From positions 1 to 34,033 of the forward strand of contig NATN01000012.1 of NCBI GenBank assembly GCA_002085355.1: a stretch of DNA of 34,033 nt. Reading direction: 5' to 3'. Every line of letters starts with the position of its first letter. Position 1 is the stretch's first letter. Below are positions 17,078 to 25,309 of the stretch, one piece after another. The notes under the pieces are model-generated. The model did not search any database, was not told where the DNA came from, and was given only the letters and a program-made list of their open reading frames with translations. Both the position numbers and the translations under genes were made by a program. Origin of the DNA: Candidatus Zhuqueibacterota bacterium 4484_87 (GTDB lineage Bacteria; Zhuqueibacterota; Zhuqueibacteria; Thermofontimicrobiales; Thermofontimicrobiaceae).

Positions 17078-17704
17078 ATGCGTCAGGCAAAATTATTTTG
17101 GGGATGTGTGGTCATTTTTGAGATGTTGTTTCTCTTACTTGGCGGAACGCATCAAGCATGGACACAATCAGACTTTTCTGCAAAACCGCTGAACGTCATT
17201 TTTATTTCCAGCAAAATCGAAAATGCAGAAGCGATCAAAAATGCGGCGGATGAAGATGCCGTGACCGTAATCTACGATTTTGAAAATGCGACTTTACGGC
17301 AATTTAATTTGACGCTCCAGGAACTGGTGCAATGGAAAAAAAGGAAAATCGATCATCTGATGCTTTTTTGCCACGGTGCGCCGGGAACGATTATTTTAAC
17401 CGCGAAAGATATCATCAATGTAAAATCGCTGAAAAAACAAGCTGATGAATGGAAATTTTTCGGCAATATGTTCAACCGCGACGCCACCATTGACTTCTAC
17501 GGTAGCGAGATCGGCTGGGGGGAAGAAGGCAAGAAATTAGTGACTTCACTCTCGCAAATGACCGGTGCAAACGTTCGCGCGAGCATTAATCCGTCGGGCA
17601 ATATCCATGATGCTGACTGGAAATTGGAAATAAAGACCGGTGACAATAATTCCTCTTGCCCGATCAACTTTTCACAATTAGCTAAAACGCCCCTGTATTT
17701 TTAG
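17078..17704 (+). CDS. Stand-alone exported DUF4347-like protein
   Basis: IDHLMLFCHGAPG, DFYGSEIG...GKKLV..LSQMTGANVRAS...GN...DWKLE. N-terminal signal-like segment. The ATG at 17078 has a purine-rich RBS (the ORF track starts at 17024). Confidence 0.75.
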   Translation: MRQAKLFWGCVVIFEMLFLLLGGTHQAWTQSDFSAKPLNVIFISSKIENAEAIKNAADEDAVTVIYDFENATLRQFNLTLQELVQWKKRKIDHLMLFCHGAPGTIILTAKDIINVKSLKKQADEWKFFGNMFNRDATIDFYGSEIGWGEEGKKLVTSLSQMTGANVRASINPSGNIHDADWKLEIKTGDNNSSCPINFSQLAKTPLYF

Positions 17705-17710
17705 ATAAAT

Positions 17711-17780
17711 GGCGCTGGAAATCAGCGCCCGTCCATCGCCGCTGGTTGTCGCCCCTCTGCCAGCGGCTTGGACTTTTATT
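17711..17780 (+). terminator. Tandem GC-rich hairpins; the second is followed by a U tract (intrinsic terminator or attenuator candidate)
   Basis: GGCGCTG-GAAAT-CAGCGCC (17711-17729), then GTCCA..GCCGCTGG / CCAGCGGC.TGGAC (17731-17773), then TTTTATT. Confidence 0.55.
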
Positions 17781-17826
17781 CATCTGATTGGTTAAAACAA
17801 AAAATACAGCAAATGAGAATGCAGCT

Positions 17827-19221
17827 ATGGAAAAGAACAATAACGATCCGAGGACAGTGCTTGTCGTTGATGACGACATAGTTGATCTGAAAATTATGGA
17901 GCGTTTTTTTTTAAACAAAAACTATCCACACTTGCTTGCCAAAAATGCTACTGATGGATTATCTCTGTTTCGCAAACATCATCCAAAAATCATTTTTATT
18001 GACCTGCTGCTGCCGGACATGAATGGCATTCAACTAATGGAACAAATTTTGGACGAAGATTCGGACGTTTCCATTGTCATCGCTACAGGTCATGCTTCTG
18101 TAGAAACCGCCGTAGAAGCGATCAAAAAAGGGGCGTGCGACTATATTACCAAGCCGATTGACATGACTCGACTGAATCTGCTCACAGAAAGGTTGATGAG
18201 ATCGCAGCAGGTTTTGATGGAAAAAATGCTTTTGCAGACCCGGCTCGATGAACTTTTCGGTTATCATAATTTTATTGGACAGAGTCCCGCGATAAAAAAT
18301 ATTATCAGAAAAATCGAACAAGCAGCACCCACGAGTTCCACCGTACTCATCACTGGCGAATCCGGAACAGGGAAAGAACTATGCGCCAATGCAATTCATC
18401 AGGCGAGTCCGAGAAAAAACAAGCCGTTTATCAAACTAAACTGCGCAGCCTTGCCTGAAAATATCATTGAAAGCGAGCTATTCGGTCACGAAAAAGGAGC
18501 GTTCACTACAGCCATTCAGAAAAGAATCGGCAAGTTTGAATTGGCAGATGGAGGCACCATTTTCTTAGATGAGATCGGCGAATTATCCCTGTCCATACAG
18601 GCAAAATTGTTGCGTGTACTGGAAAATCAGGAATTTGAAAGGATTGGTGGGAACGAGACAATCAGAGTTAACGTACGCCTACTCGCAGCGACCAACAGGA
18701 ACCTCAGTGAAGCTGTAGAAAACGGTCTTTTCCGCAAAGATCTGTTTTATCGGCTAAATGTCGTCAACATCCACATTCCGCCGTTAAGAGACAGGCGCGA
18801 AGATATTCCTTTGCTGTTGAGCCATTTTCTGAAACATTTCAGCGAGCAAATGAACAAGCCGATCAAATCCATTTCTCCTAAAGCACAGGCAATGCTTGCT
18901 TCTTATAGCTGGCCTGGAAATGTGCGGGAACTGGTAAACACCATCGAACGCGCTGTTGTGTTTTGTGAATCAAACACGCTTACGGAACAGGACTTGCCGG
19001 ACCAAATATCAGGGAAAAATTCACAGAGAGAGGATGGCACAGACATTCCCATTATGCCGTTAGCTCAGGTTGAAAAAAAATTGATAGAGAAAGTACTTCT
19101 GGAAACAAATTGGAATTTGCGTCGTGCTGCAAAAATTTTAGATATTCACCGAGGCACTCTGTACAGCAAAATTGAAAAACATGGCATTAACAAAAACAGC
19201 TTGCTGATGGTCATGAACTAA
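17827..19221 (+). CDS. Sigma54-dependent response regulator (NtrC/PilR family: REC-AAA+-Fis HTH)
   Basis: VLVVDDD, IDLLLP, GESGTGKE, ESELFGHEKGAFTTA, TIFLDEIG, RKDLFYRL, WPGNVREL and C-terminal HTH. ATG at 17827 preferred over TTG at 17788. Confidence 0.93.
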   Translation: MEKNNNDPRTVLVVDDDIVDLKIMERFFLNKNYPHLLAKNATDGLSLFRKHHPKIIFIDLLLPDMNGIQLMEQILDEDSDVSIVIATGHASVETAVEAIKKGACDYITKPIDMTRLNLLTERLMRSQQVLMEKMLLQTRLDELFGYHNFIGQSPAIKNIIRKIEQAAPTSSTVLITGESGTGKELCANAIHQASPRKNKPFIKLNCAALPENIIESELFGHEKGAFTTAIQKRIGKFELADGGTIFLDEIGELSLSIQAKLLRVLENQEFERIGGNETIRVNVRLLAATNRNLSEAVENGLFRKDLFYRLNVVNIHIPPLRDRREDIPLLLSHFLKHFSEQMNKPIKSISPKAQAMLASYSWPGNVRELVNTIERAVVFCESNTLTEQDLPDQISGKNSQREDGTDIPIMPLAQVEKKLIEKVLLETNWNLRRAAKILDIHRGTLYSKIEKHGINKNSLLMVMN

Positions 19222-19292
19222 ATTAACGGAGATTTTTTTCTCCGGAAAAATTTCTTTAAAATTACTTTCATCAAAGAACGAGGTGAATCATT

Positions 19293-19727
19293 ATGTCTCC
19301 TCAAATTGACAACCAAATCGCTGGCAAAAAGCCTGCAAAAAAGATGCTCATCATTGACGATTCTGAAGTCAATCGTTACTTGTTGGAGACAGTGCTTAGT
19401 CAGTTGGGCTACCAAGTAAGTTCTGCAGAGGATGGCAAGTCAGGACTGGATAAATTCAAACAAAACAGACCGTTCATTACATTTTTAGACATTGTTATGC
19501 CCGGAAAATCAGGAATGGAAATTTTGAGACAGATAAAACAAATTTCTCCGTCATCTATTGTCGTCATGGTGAGTTCATTTTCGAGCAAAGAAAATCTTTA
19601 CGAAGCGAAAAATGCTGGAGCTAATTGGTTCCTCGTCAAACCAATCACGGCGTCAAAAATAGAGGAATTAGTGGTTTATTTTGAAAAGAAAAGCATAGAG
19701 AAAAATCTAAAAATTGAGTCGGAGTAG
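19293..19727 (+). CDS. Single-domain response regulator (CheY-like)
   Basis: MLIIDDS, FLDIVMP, VMVSS, FLVKP. GAGGTG RBS upstream. Confidence 0.9.
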   Translation: MSPQIDNQIAGKKPAKKMLIIDDSEVNRYLLETVLSQLGYQVSSAEDGKSGLDKFKQNRPFITFLDIVMPGKSGMEILRQIKQISPSSIVVMVSSFSSKENLYEAKNAGANWFLVKPITASKIEELVVYFEKKSIEKNLKIESE

Positions 19728-19729
19728 TT

Positions 19730-20074
19730 ATGATTTGCAAATCTTGTGGTGCTGAGAATAAAGACTGGGCGTCATATTGTACACAATGCGGATTGCCGCT
19801 TGGCGATGTGTGTCGTTGCTCCTTCGTTAACGAACCGGGTGACCTTTACTGCGGAGGCTGCGGCAAACCGTTGATGCCAAACGAAAATGATAATTTGAAA
19901 CGAAACCCGTCCAGCATGAATGTTGAATTTGGCAAAATGACACTTTCTGAATCCCAAATTAAAAAGCTCATAAGAGAAAGTTTGTTGATCAAAACAGATG
20001 ATGAAGAAAACATCAGTCAAAAGGACATCGATTTGATTTTTTCCATGGAAACAGAATCAGCTTCACAAGAGTGA
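19730..20074 (+). CDS. Double zinc-ribbon protein with acidic C-terminal tail
   Basis: CKSC, CTQC, CRC and CGGC motifs. Tail ENISQKDIDLIF. Starts 2 bp after the upstream stop. Confidence 0.8.
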   Translation: MICKSCGAENKDWASYCTQCGLPLGDVCRCSFVNEPGDLYCGGCGKPLMPNENDNLKRNPSSMNVEFGKMTLSESQIKKLIRESLLIKTDDEENISQKDIDLIFSMETESASQE

Positions 20075-20111
20075 ACAGTATCATAAAATAGGCTATGCAC
20101 TGAGGACAAAT

Positions 20112-21803
20112 ATGGCATTTCAAGAAGATCAGATTTTCATTCAGGAATTGATAAAAAAAGGTCTACTGACAAAATCTCAAATTATTCAGTCGCAAAACTC
20201 TTTGCGGGAACTGCTTCAACGCGAGGGAATTGCTAAAGCGTTAATCACCCATTTCAAACTCGATGAAACCAAATTAGCGCAATCCATCGCTGAAATTTTT
20301 AACGTTCCTTTTTTGGAACAGGTAAACGGCCTCTCTCGAATAGATATTGAGGAATTGCAAACAGTTAATACCCCGTCAGATTTTCGCTTCATTCCTGTAT
20401 TAGATGATATCAACGAAGTCACCATAGCCATCAAAGATCCGCCATATCAAAAATTAATTGAATTTCTCAAAAAGGCAACTGACAAACACATTATTCCCAT
20501 CATCTTAAAGGAATCGGACTACGAATATCTGAACAATGAAAAAGTCGTCGAGAAAAAAGTTGACAAGCCGTTGAAAATTGATTTTGACAAGCTTGACGTC
20601 GAGAAACAAGGAAAAAAATGGGCGCTGACCGCAGAACAAAGCGGATCGCTGCCGCCGCCGAACAGCGTGCTTGACAGATTGTTAGAAACCGCCAGTGAGG
20701 CCAATGCGAGCGATATTCATCTGGAAATCACTTCTTCAAAAACAATGAACGTGAGATTTCGCCTTAATGGTGTGCTCCAGCGCGTTGTTACGCTGCCGAA
20801 TGCGTATGCGTCTTCGCTGCCCAAAATTGTCAAGCAAAGAGCTTCCATTGACAATTTTGAGAAAAAAAATGCGGCAGAAGGAAGTTTCTTCATGCAATTC
20901 GGAGGTGTTAAGACAAACTATCGCGTCAATATTATTCCCACTGCTTTCAATGAAAAAATTACGCTGCGCGTAATGAACGATCATCTCGACATCATCCGGT
21001 TGGAGCGTCTGGGACTTTCGTTGCATGATTTACGACGAATCCGCCGACTGTTGTCCCAGCCCAATGCAGTAATTCTTTTTTCCGGGGCAAGCGGAAGTGG
21101 CAAGACAACCACGCTGTACTCCGTATTGAACGAATTGAATCATTTCACGAAAAACATTACCACTGTCGAAATGCCGGTGGAAGCCCATTTGGAAGGAATC
21201 AACCAAATTTCCATCGATCAAAACTCTGCATTAAATTTTGAGAAAGCGATCAAAGCGACTTTCCATCATGACGTGGATGTCCTCGCTCTGGGGGAAATTC
21301 GCTCGAAAGAAGATGCTGAACTGCTTTTAGAAGCGGGATTATCAGGATTGACCGCTTTTGCCACAATACAAGCCTCAAATGCAATAAAAACTCTTTATCG
21401 TCTGAAGCATTTTGGCGTGGACATTGAACAATTCGCTTTGACCTTGCGAGGCATCGTCTCGCAGCGTTTTGTGCGCAAGGTGTGTCACTACTGTGGGCAA
21501 GAATATATTCCTGATGAAGAAATTCTGGCAAAAGCAGGATTGGAGAATCTACCAAAAGATATCAAATTGAAACGTGGAATTGGTTGCAAAAATTGTCTGG
21601 GGACAGGTTATCTGGGCAGGATGCCCATTTTTGAAGTGCTCATTTTTAACGACACAATCAGTTCGCTGCTTGCCCAAAATAGACCCTATCGCGAAATCTT
21701 TGCAGCCGCACTGCATGAAGGTTTCACAACAATGCGTTACGACGGACTTCGCAAAGCGCTGGCAGGAATCACCACGCTCAACGAAGTCCTTCGCGTCACA
21801 TGA
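20112..21803 (+). CDS. Second GspE/PilB-family ATPase with degenerate catalytic motifs
   Basis: ASDIHLE, RFRLNGVLQ, Walker A GASGSGKTTT, CHYC...CKNC, GYLGR. The Asp box reads EMPVE, the Walker B region FHHDVDVLALGEIRS, and the His box SGLTAFATIQA. Confidence 0.85.
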   Translation: MAFQEDQIFIQELIKKGLLTKSQIIQSQNSLRELLQREGIAKALITHFKLDETKLAQSIAEIFNVPFLEQVNGLSRIDIEELQTVNTPSDFRFIPVLDDINEVTIAIKDPPYQKLIEFLKKATDKHIIPIILKESDYEYLNNEKVVEKKVDKPLKIDFDKLDVEKQGKKWALTAEQSGSLPPPNSVLDRLLETASEANASDIHLEITSSKTMNVRFRLNGVLQRVVTLPNAYASSLPKIVKQRASIDNFEKKNAAEGSFFMQFGGVKTNYRVNIIPTAFNEKITLRVMNDHLDIIRLERLGLSLHDLRRIRRLLSQPNAVILFSGASGSGKTTTLYSVLNELNHFTKNITTVEMPVEAHLEGINQISIDQNSALNFEKAIKATFHHDVDVLALGEIRSKEDAELLLEAGLSGLTAFATIQASNAIKTLYRLKHFGVDIEQFALTLRGIVSQRFVRKVCHYCGQEYIPDEEILAKAGLENLPKDIKLKRGIGCKNCLGTGYLGRMPIFEVLIFNDTISSLLAQNRPYREIFAAALHEGFTTMRYDGLRKALAGITTLNEVLRVT

Positions 21804-21837
21804 TTTTTAAATCAATAAAAAATCTATAAAAATGGGC

Positions 21838-22380
21838 TTATTCGTATCGTTTGAAAATATGATAGCCCATTTTTGTTTTCACAATATCACTTATTTCGCC
21901 GACTTTCAACTTGCTCAAAGTGTTATCCAATTCAGCCATTAAGTCACCTTTGGTGACAACACCCAAATCACCGCCCTTTTTCGCGTTGGGGCCTATAGAA
22001 CGTTCTTTTGCCAGTTGTTTGAAATCCGCTCCGCCATCCAGCAATCCTTTGATTTCTTTAGCCTCTTCCTCTGTCTTCACCAAAATATGCAATGCACGAA
22101 TTGTGTAGCCTTTTATGCTGAATCGATCCGGACTGAGCGATGGTTTCCAGATATAACCAACAATTTGCACAGCAACCCAATTCCCCTGTTCGGCGAGCGC
22201 AATCACTCTTGTTCCCTGCGGCAGGCGACAAACAACAGAGCCATTTGGTGACAGACGTAAATTTTCAAAATCCGGCTTTACGTAAAGTTCATCGCCTTGT
22301 TGAATTTTAAGTTGCGCGAAAATATTACCACTCCCCAAGATCAAAATAAATATTAGCATTGCCAAAAAAACTTTTCTCAT
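21838..22380 (-). CDS. Exported parvulin (PpiC)-type peptidyl-prolyl isomerase with SH3-like N-terminal domain
   Basis: Signal peptide, NLRLSPNG...GNWVAV (SH3b-like), HILVK, FKQLAKERS, GGDLG, GYHIFK. ATG at 22380 has a GGAGGAG RBS. Confidence 0.88.
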   Translation of the reverse strand: MRKVFLAMLIFILILGSGNIFAQLKIQQGDELYVKPDFENLRLSPNGSVVCRLPQGTRVIALAEQGNWVAVQIVGYIWKPSLSPDRFSIKGYTIRALHILVKTEEEAKEIKGLLDGGADFKQLAKERSIGPNAKKGGDLGVVTKGDLMAELDNTLSKLKVGEISDIVKTKMGYHIFKRYE

Positions 22381-22425
22381 ATTTCCACTCCTCCGGGTTA
22401 ATAGTCGCAAAATGCTCACTTTATT

Positions 22426-23343
22426 TCATCCTGCATTATCATTGAAACGCATAAATTTTAAAACGGTTTCCTGGTTAGGGACACCTTTTTGGCCTCCCAA
22501 TGTCTGACATTTTAGCGCTGCCGTTGCATTGGCAAATCGTAAATTTTTCTCCAAAGACAAACCATGAAGCAATCCGGCGATAAATGCGCCATGGAAAACA
22601 TCTCCGGCGCCGGTCGTGTCAACTACTTTCGTTTGAAACGCCGGTTGAAAAACAACGCCATTTTCATCGCCGCCGTAACTTCCTATCTCGCCGCATGTTA
22701 CAACAGCGGCTCGGGCGCCAAAATTGAGAAGTTTTCTGATTGCTTCTTCATAATCATCGGTTTGAAAAAATTGATGACAAAAACTGTGCGAAACAATCGG
22801 ATAATCCACAGCGCGCAAGAGTTGTTCCATGTCCTGGCGCGGGCTTCCGGCATCAAGTACAATCGATATTTGTTTCGATTTCGCCCATTCAACTATTTTC
22901 CACGTAGCTGCTGTATCTCTGCCGTCAATGAGCACGTAGGCGGCATCATCGATAAAATCAAAATTCATTTCTTCCGGTTTCACAGCCCTGTAGTGACTGC
23001 TATCGAGTACAATGGACTTTTTTCCGCTCGCTCCATCAATCCAGATAAAGGCTTTGTTCGTCGGCATGTTTTCGTCTCGAATCACGCCGGTTGTGTCGAT
23101 GCCTTTGGAACGGAAATTTTCCAAAACAAAATCACCGTCTGTATCAGTTCCGATTTTTCCGATAAAAGCGGTACGGAACCCCAAACGCGCTAAAGTCACC
23201 AGAGCGGTGGCGCATGGGCCTCCCCCCTGTTTCGAGAACTCCAGAGTTTCGGTTTTTTCATCCAAGTTCGGGTATCTCGGCACGAGGCACAAATAATCCG
23301 CGGCACAGATTCCAAACCCAACGCAGTCAAAAGATGTTTGCAT
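22426..23343 (-). CDS. PfkB-family carbohydrate kinase
   Basis: GGGPCATA..TLARLG and VVDTTGAGDVFHGAF. Confidence 0.92.
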   Translation of the reverse strand: MQTSFDCVGFGICAADYLCLVPRYPNLDEKTETLEFSKQGGGPCATALVTLARLGFRTAFIGKIGTDTDGDFVLENFRSKGIDTTGVIRDENMPTNKAFIWIDGASGKKSIVLDSSHYRAVKPEEMNFDFIDDAAYVLIDGRDTAATWKIVEWAKSKQISIVLDAGSPRQDMEQLLRAVDYPIVSHSFCHQFFQTDDYEEAIRKLLNFGARAAVVTCGEIGSYGGDENGVVFQPAFQTKVVDTTGAGDVFHGAFIAGLLHGLSLEKNLRFANATAALKCQTLGGQKGVPNQETVLKFMRFNDNAG

Positions 23344-23373
23344 TATTTATCGTAACTTAAAAAATCATTTCAT

Positions 23374-25053
23374 TTACATAGATTCAATTTTCTTGTTCAC
23401 TATTTCCAGTACCTCACTTTGCAATTTTTCAGCTTCAGTGAGCAATTCATCAACGCGATATTTCATCTTTTCCACAAATTCGCTATCCTGAATACCAGGC
23501 AAATTAATTTTTACATTCAATCCAGCACCATATACAGCAGACCTTGCCATGAGCGCAGAAACTCCGGCGTCACTGGCGGCGTTATCATTTCCTTTCTCCG
23601 CAACAACTTTTGCCAGTTGCAAAACTTTTACTGAAAATTCCATCACGCTGAGCGGAACCTCGCAGGCAAATTTCGTGGCATTTTCAATAGCGTCATTGCG
23701 CAGCGCGATTTGTTCCTCTGTTTTTTTCTTCATGGAAAATGCAGCCATGAGCTGATTGAAAGCTTCAGTATCCCGATCAACGTTTCGGAGTAACTCGTCT
23801 TTGAGGTGCTGCGCTTCAACTGCTGTTTCATTCATTTCTTCCCAGACAGATTCATAGCTTTTTTTCCCTGAAGTGAGATTCGCAACCATTCCGCTCAGGG
23901 AAGACGCCAGCGCACCTGCCAGCGCAGACACGCTTCCTCCGCCTGGCGCCGGTGATTCTGAAGACAGCTCATTGGCAAAATCCCGCAAATCCATTTTTAC
24001 CAGCGGGCCCTTGGCCTCCCGCACCTGATATTCGATGATTTTTTTAGCAGGATCAAATTCACTCACATCGCGCAAGCCCATGGAAACCACGGCTGCCTCT
24101 ATCAAATCTTCTTCAGGCACCCCCGGAGATTTGCCTTGTTTCAGCAAATAATGTCTGCCAGCGTCAAGCATCGCTTGCAAAGGAATCAATCCCACTAATT
24201 CGCTGCCTGTAACCCGCAGACCACGTTTCTCCGCCTCTTCACAAACAACATCGAAAGCCAGATGCGGAGGCGTTATTTTGTAATTTATCAAATTCATGGA
24301 GACCTGTGCCTGGCTATATTCGTCGATGTACCAGCCCACAGCGCGGCAAGCCTGTAAACGCCCGGGAACTTTCACTGCTTTTCCATCCGCATCACGAATA
24401 ATTTTCCCTGCGGCATCGCGTTTAGCGCGTCCTGCCTCCCGAATAGTCAAGGCAATATCGTGTGCCAGCTTCCGGTCTCGTGTATTTAAATTGACATTGT
24501 AAGCGATCAAAAATTCTCGTGCCCCGATCACCGTGGCGCCGGATTTTTCATTAAAAATTGCTTCGCCAAAATCGGGCTTCCATTCCGGATCTTTCAGTTT
24601 TTCCGGCAAACCTTCGTACTCACCCTTGCGAATATCTGCCAGACTTTTTCTTTCGGGGCGCGTTGCTGCTTCTTCATACAGATAAACCGGAATGCCCAAT
24701 TCCGCCGCCACGCGCTCGCCTACCTCTTTTGCAATCTGAACGCAATCTTCCATGGTAACGCCGGAAACCGGCACAAACGGACAGACGTCTGTAGCGCCCA
24801 TGCGCGCGTGCTCGCCTTTGTGATGACGCATATCAATCAGCTCGGCTGCCTTCTTTATCGCCCGAAAAGCTGCCTCTTTCACCCCTTCCGGCGAACCAAT
24901 GAATGTTACTACGGTGCGATTGGTGTCCGCTCCGGGATCCACGTCTAAAAGTTTAACATCTTCAGTATCCCGAATCTCGTCCACAATCGCTTCAATAACC
25001 TGCAAGTTTTTACCTTCACTGAAATTTGGCACACATTCGACTAATTTTAACAT
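23374..25053 (-). CDS. ftcd: Bifunctional glutamate formimidoyltransferase / formimidoyltetrahydrofolate cyclodeaminase
   Basis: LVECVPNFSEG, NRTVVT, HKGEHARMGATDVCPFVP, then cyclodeaminase PAPGGGSVSA and NVKINL. ATG at 25053 has a GAGG RBS. Confidence 0.93.
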   Translation of the reverse strand: MLKLVECVPNFSEGKNLQVIEAIVDEIRDTEDVKLLDVDPGADTNRTVVTFIGSPEGVKEAAFRAIKKAAELIDMRHHKGEHARMGATDVCPFVPVSGVTMEDCVQIAKEVGERVAAELGIPVYLYEEAATRPERKSLADIRKGEYEGLPEKLKDPEWKPDFGEAIFNEKSGATVIGAREFLIAYNVNLNTRDRKLAHDIALTIREAGRAKRDAAGKIIRDADGKAVKVPGRLQACRAVGWYIDEYSQAQVSMNLINYKITPPHLAFDVVCEEAEKRGLRVTGSELVGLIPLQAMLDAGRHYLLKQGKSPGVPEEDLIEAAVVSMGLRDVSEFDPAKKIIEYQVREAKGPLVKMDLRDFANELSSESPAPGGGSVSALAGALASSLSGMVANLTSGKKSYESVWEEMNETAVEAQHLKDELLRNVDRDTEAFNQLMAAFSMKKKTEEQIALRNDAIENATKFACEVPLSVMEFSVKVLQLAKVVAEKGNDNAASDAGVSALMARSAVYGAGLNVKINLPGIQDSEFVEKMKYRVDELLTEAEKLQSEVLEIVNKKIESM

Positions 25054-25309
25054 AGTTTTTTCCTCATCATTTTCAAACAATTTTTTGCATTTTTCTCAAC
25101 TTGGAAAACCCATTTTTTCAGAGCCGCTGAAACGATTCAAGCGAAGATCGTCGTAATCAAGTACACGTAAAACAAATTCGAGAGACCACACAAGCAAACT
25201 ATTTTAAAACCAATACAATAAATATCCGAAAAATCACCCGCGATTATCAATTTTCATTCCGCAATCAAAAAAATGAAAATTCGTTTCGATTAAATCTGAC
25301 CGACAAAAT

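Noticed and set aside
19227-19250. Small hairpin CGGAGA/TCTCCG after the activator gene
   Set aside because: A 6-bp stem followed by As rather than a U tract, too weak to call a terminator.
22564-23193. 209-aa + strand ORF
   Set aside because: Antisense shadow of the PfkB kinase with no recognisable motifs.
24375-24430. RDAAGK/RDADGK mini-repeat in FTCD
   Set aside because: A short loop insertion of a kind I recall in other bacterial FTCD proteins. Nothing suggests a separate element.
25249-25281. 10-bp IR AATTTTCATT/AATGAAAATT downstream of the M24 gene
   Set aside because: Almost all A/T with a 13-nt loop. It may be a weak terminator or operator but is plausible by chance in AT-rich DNA.
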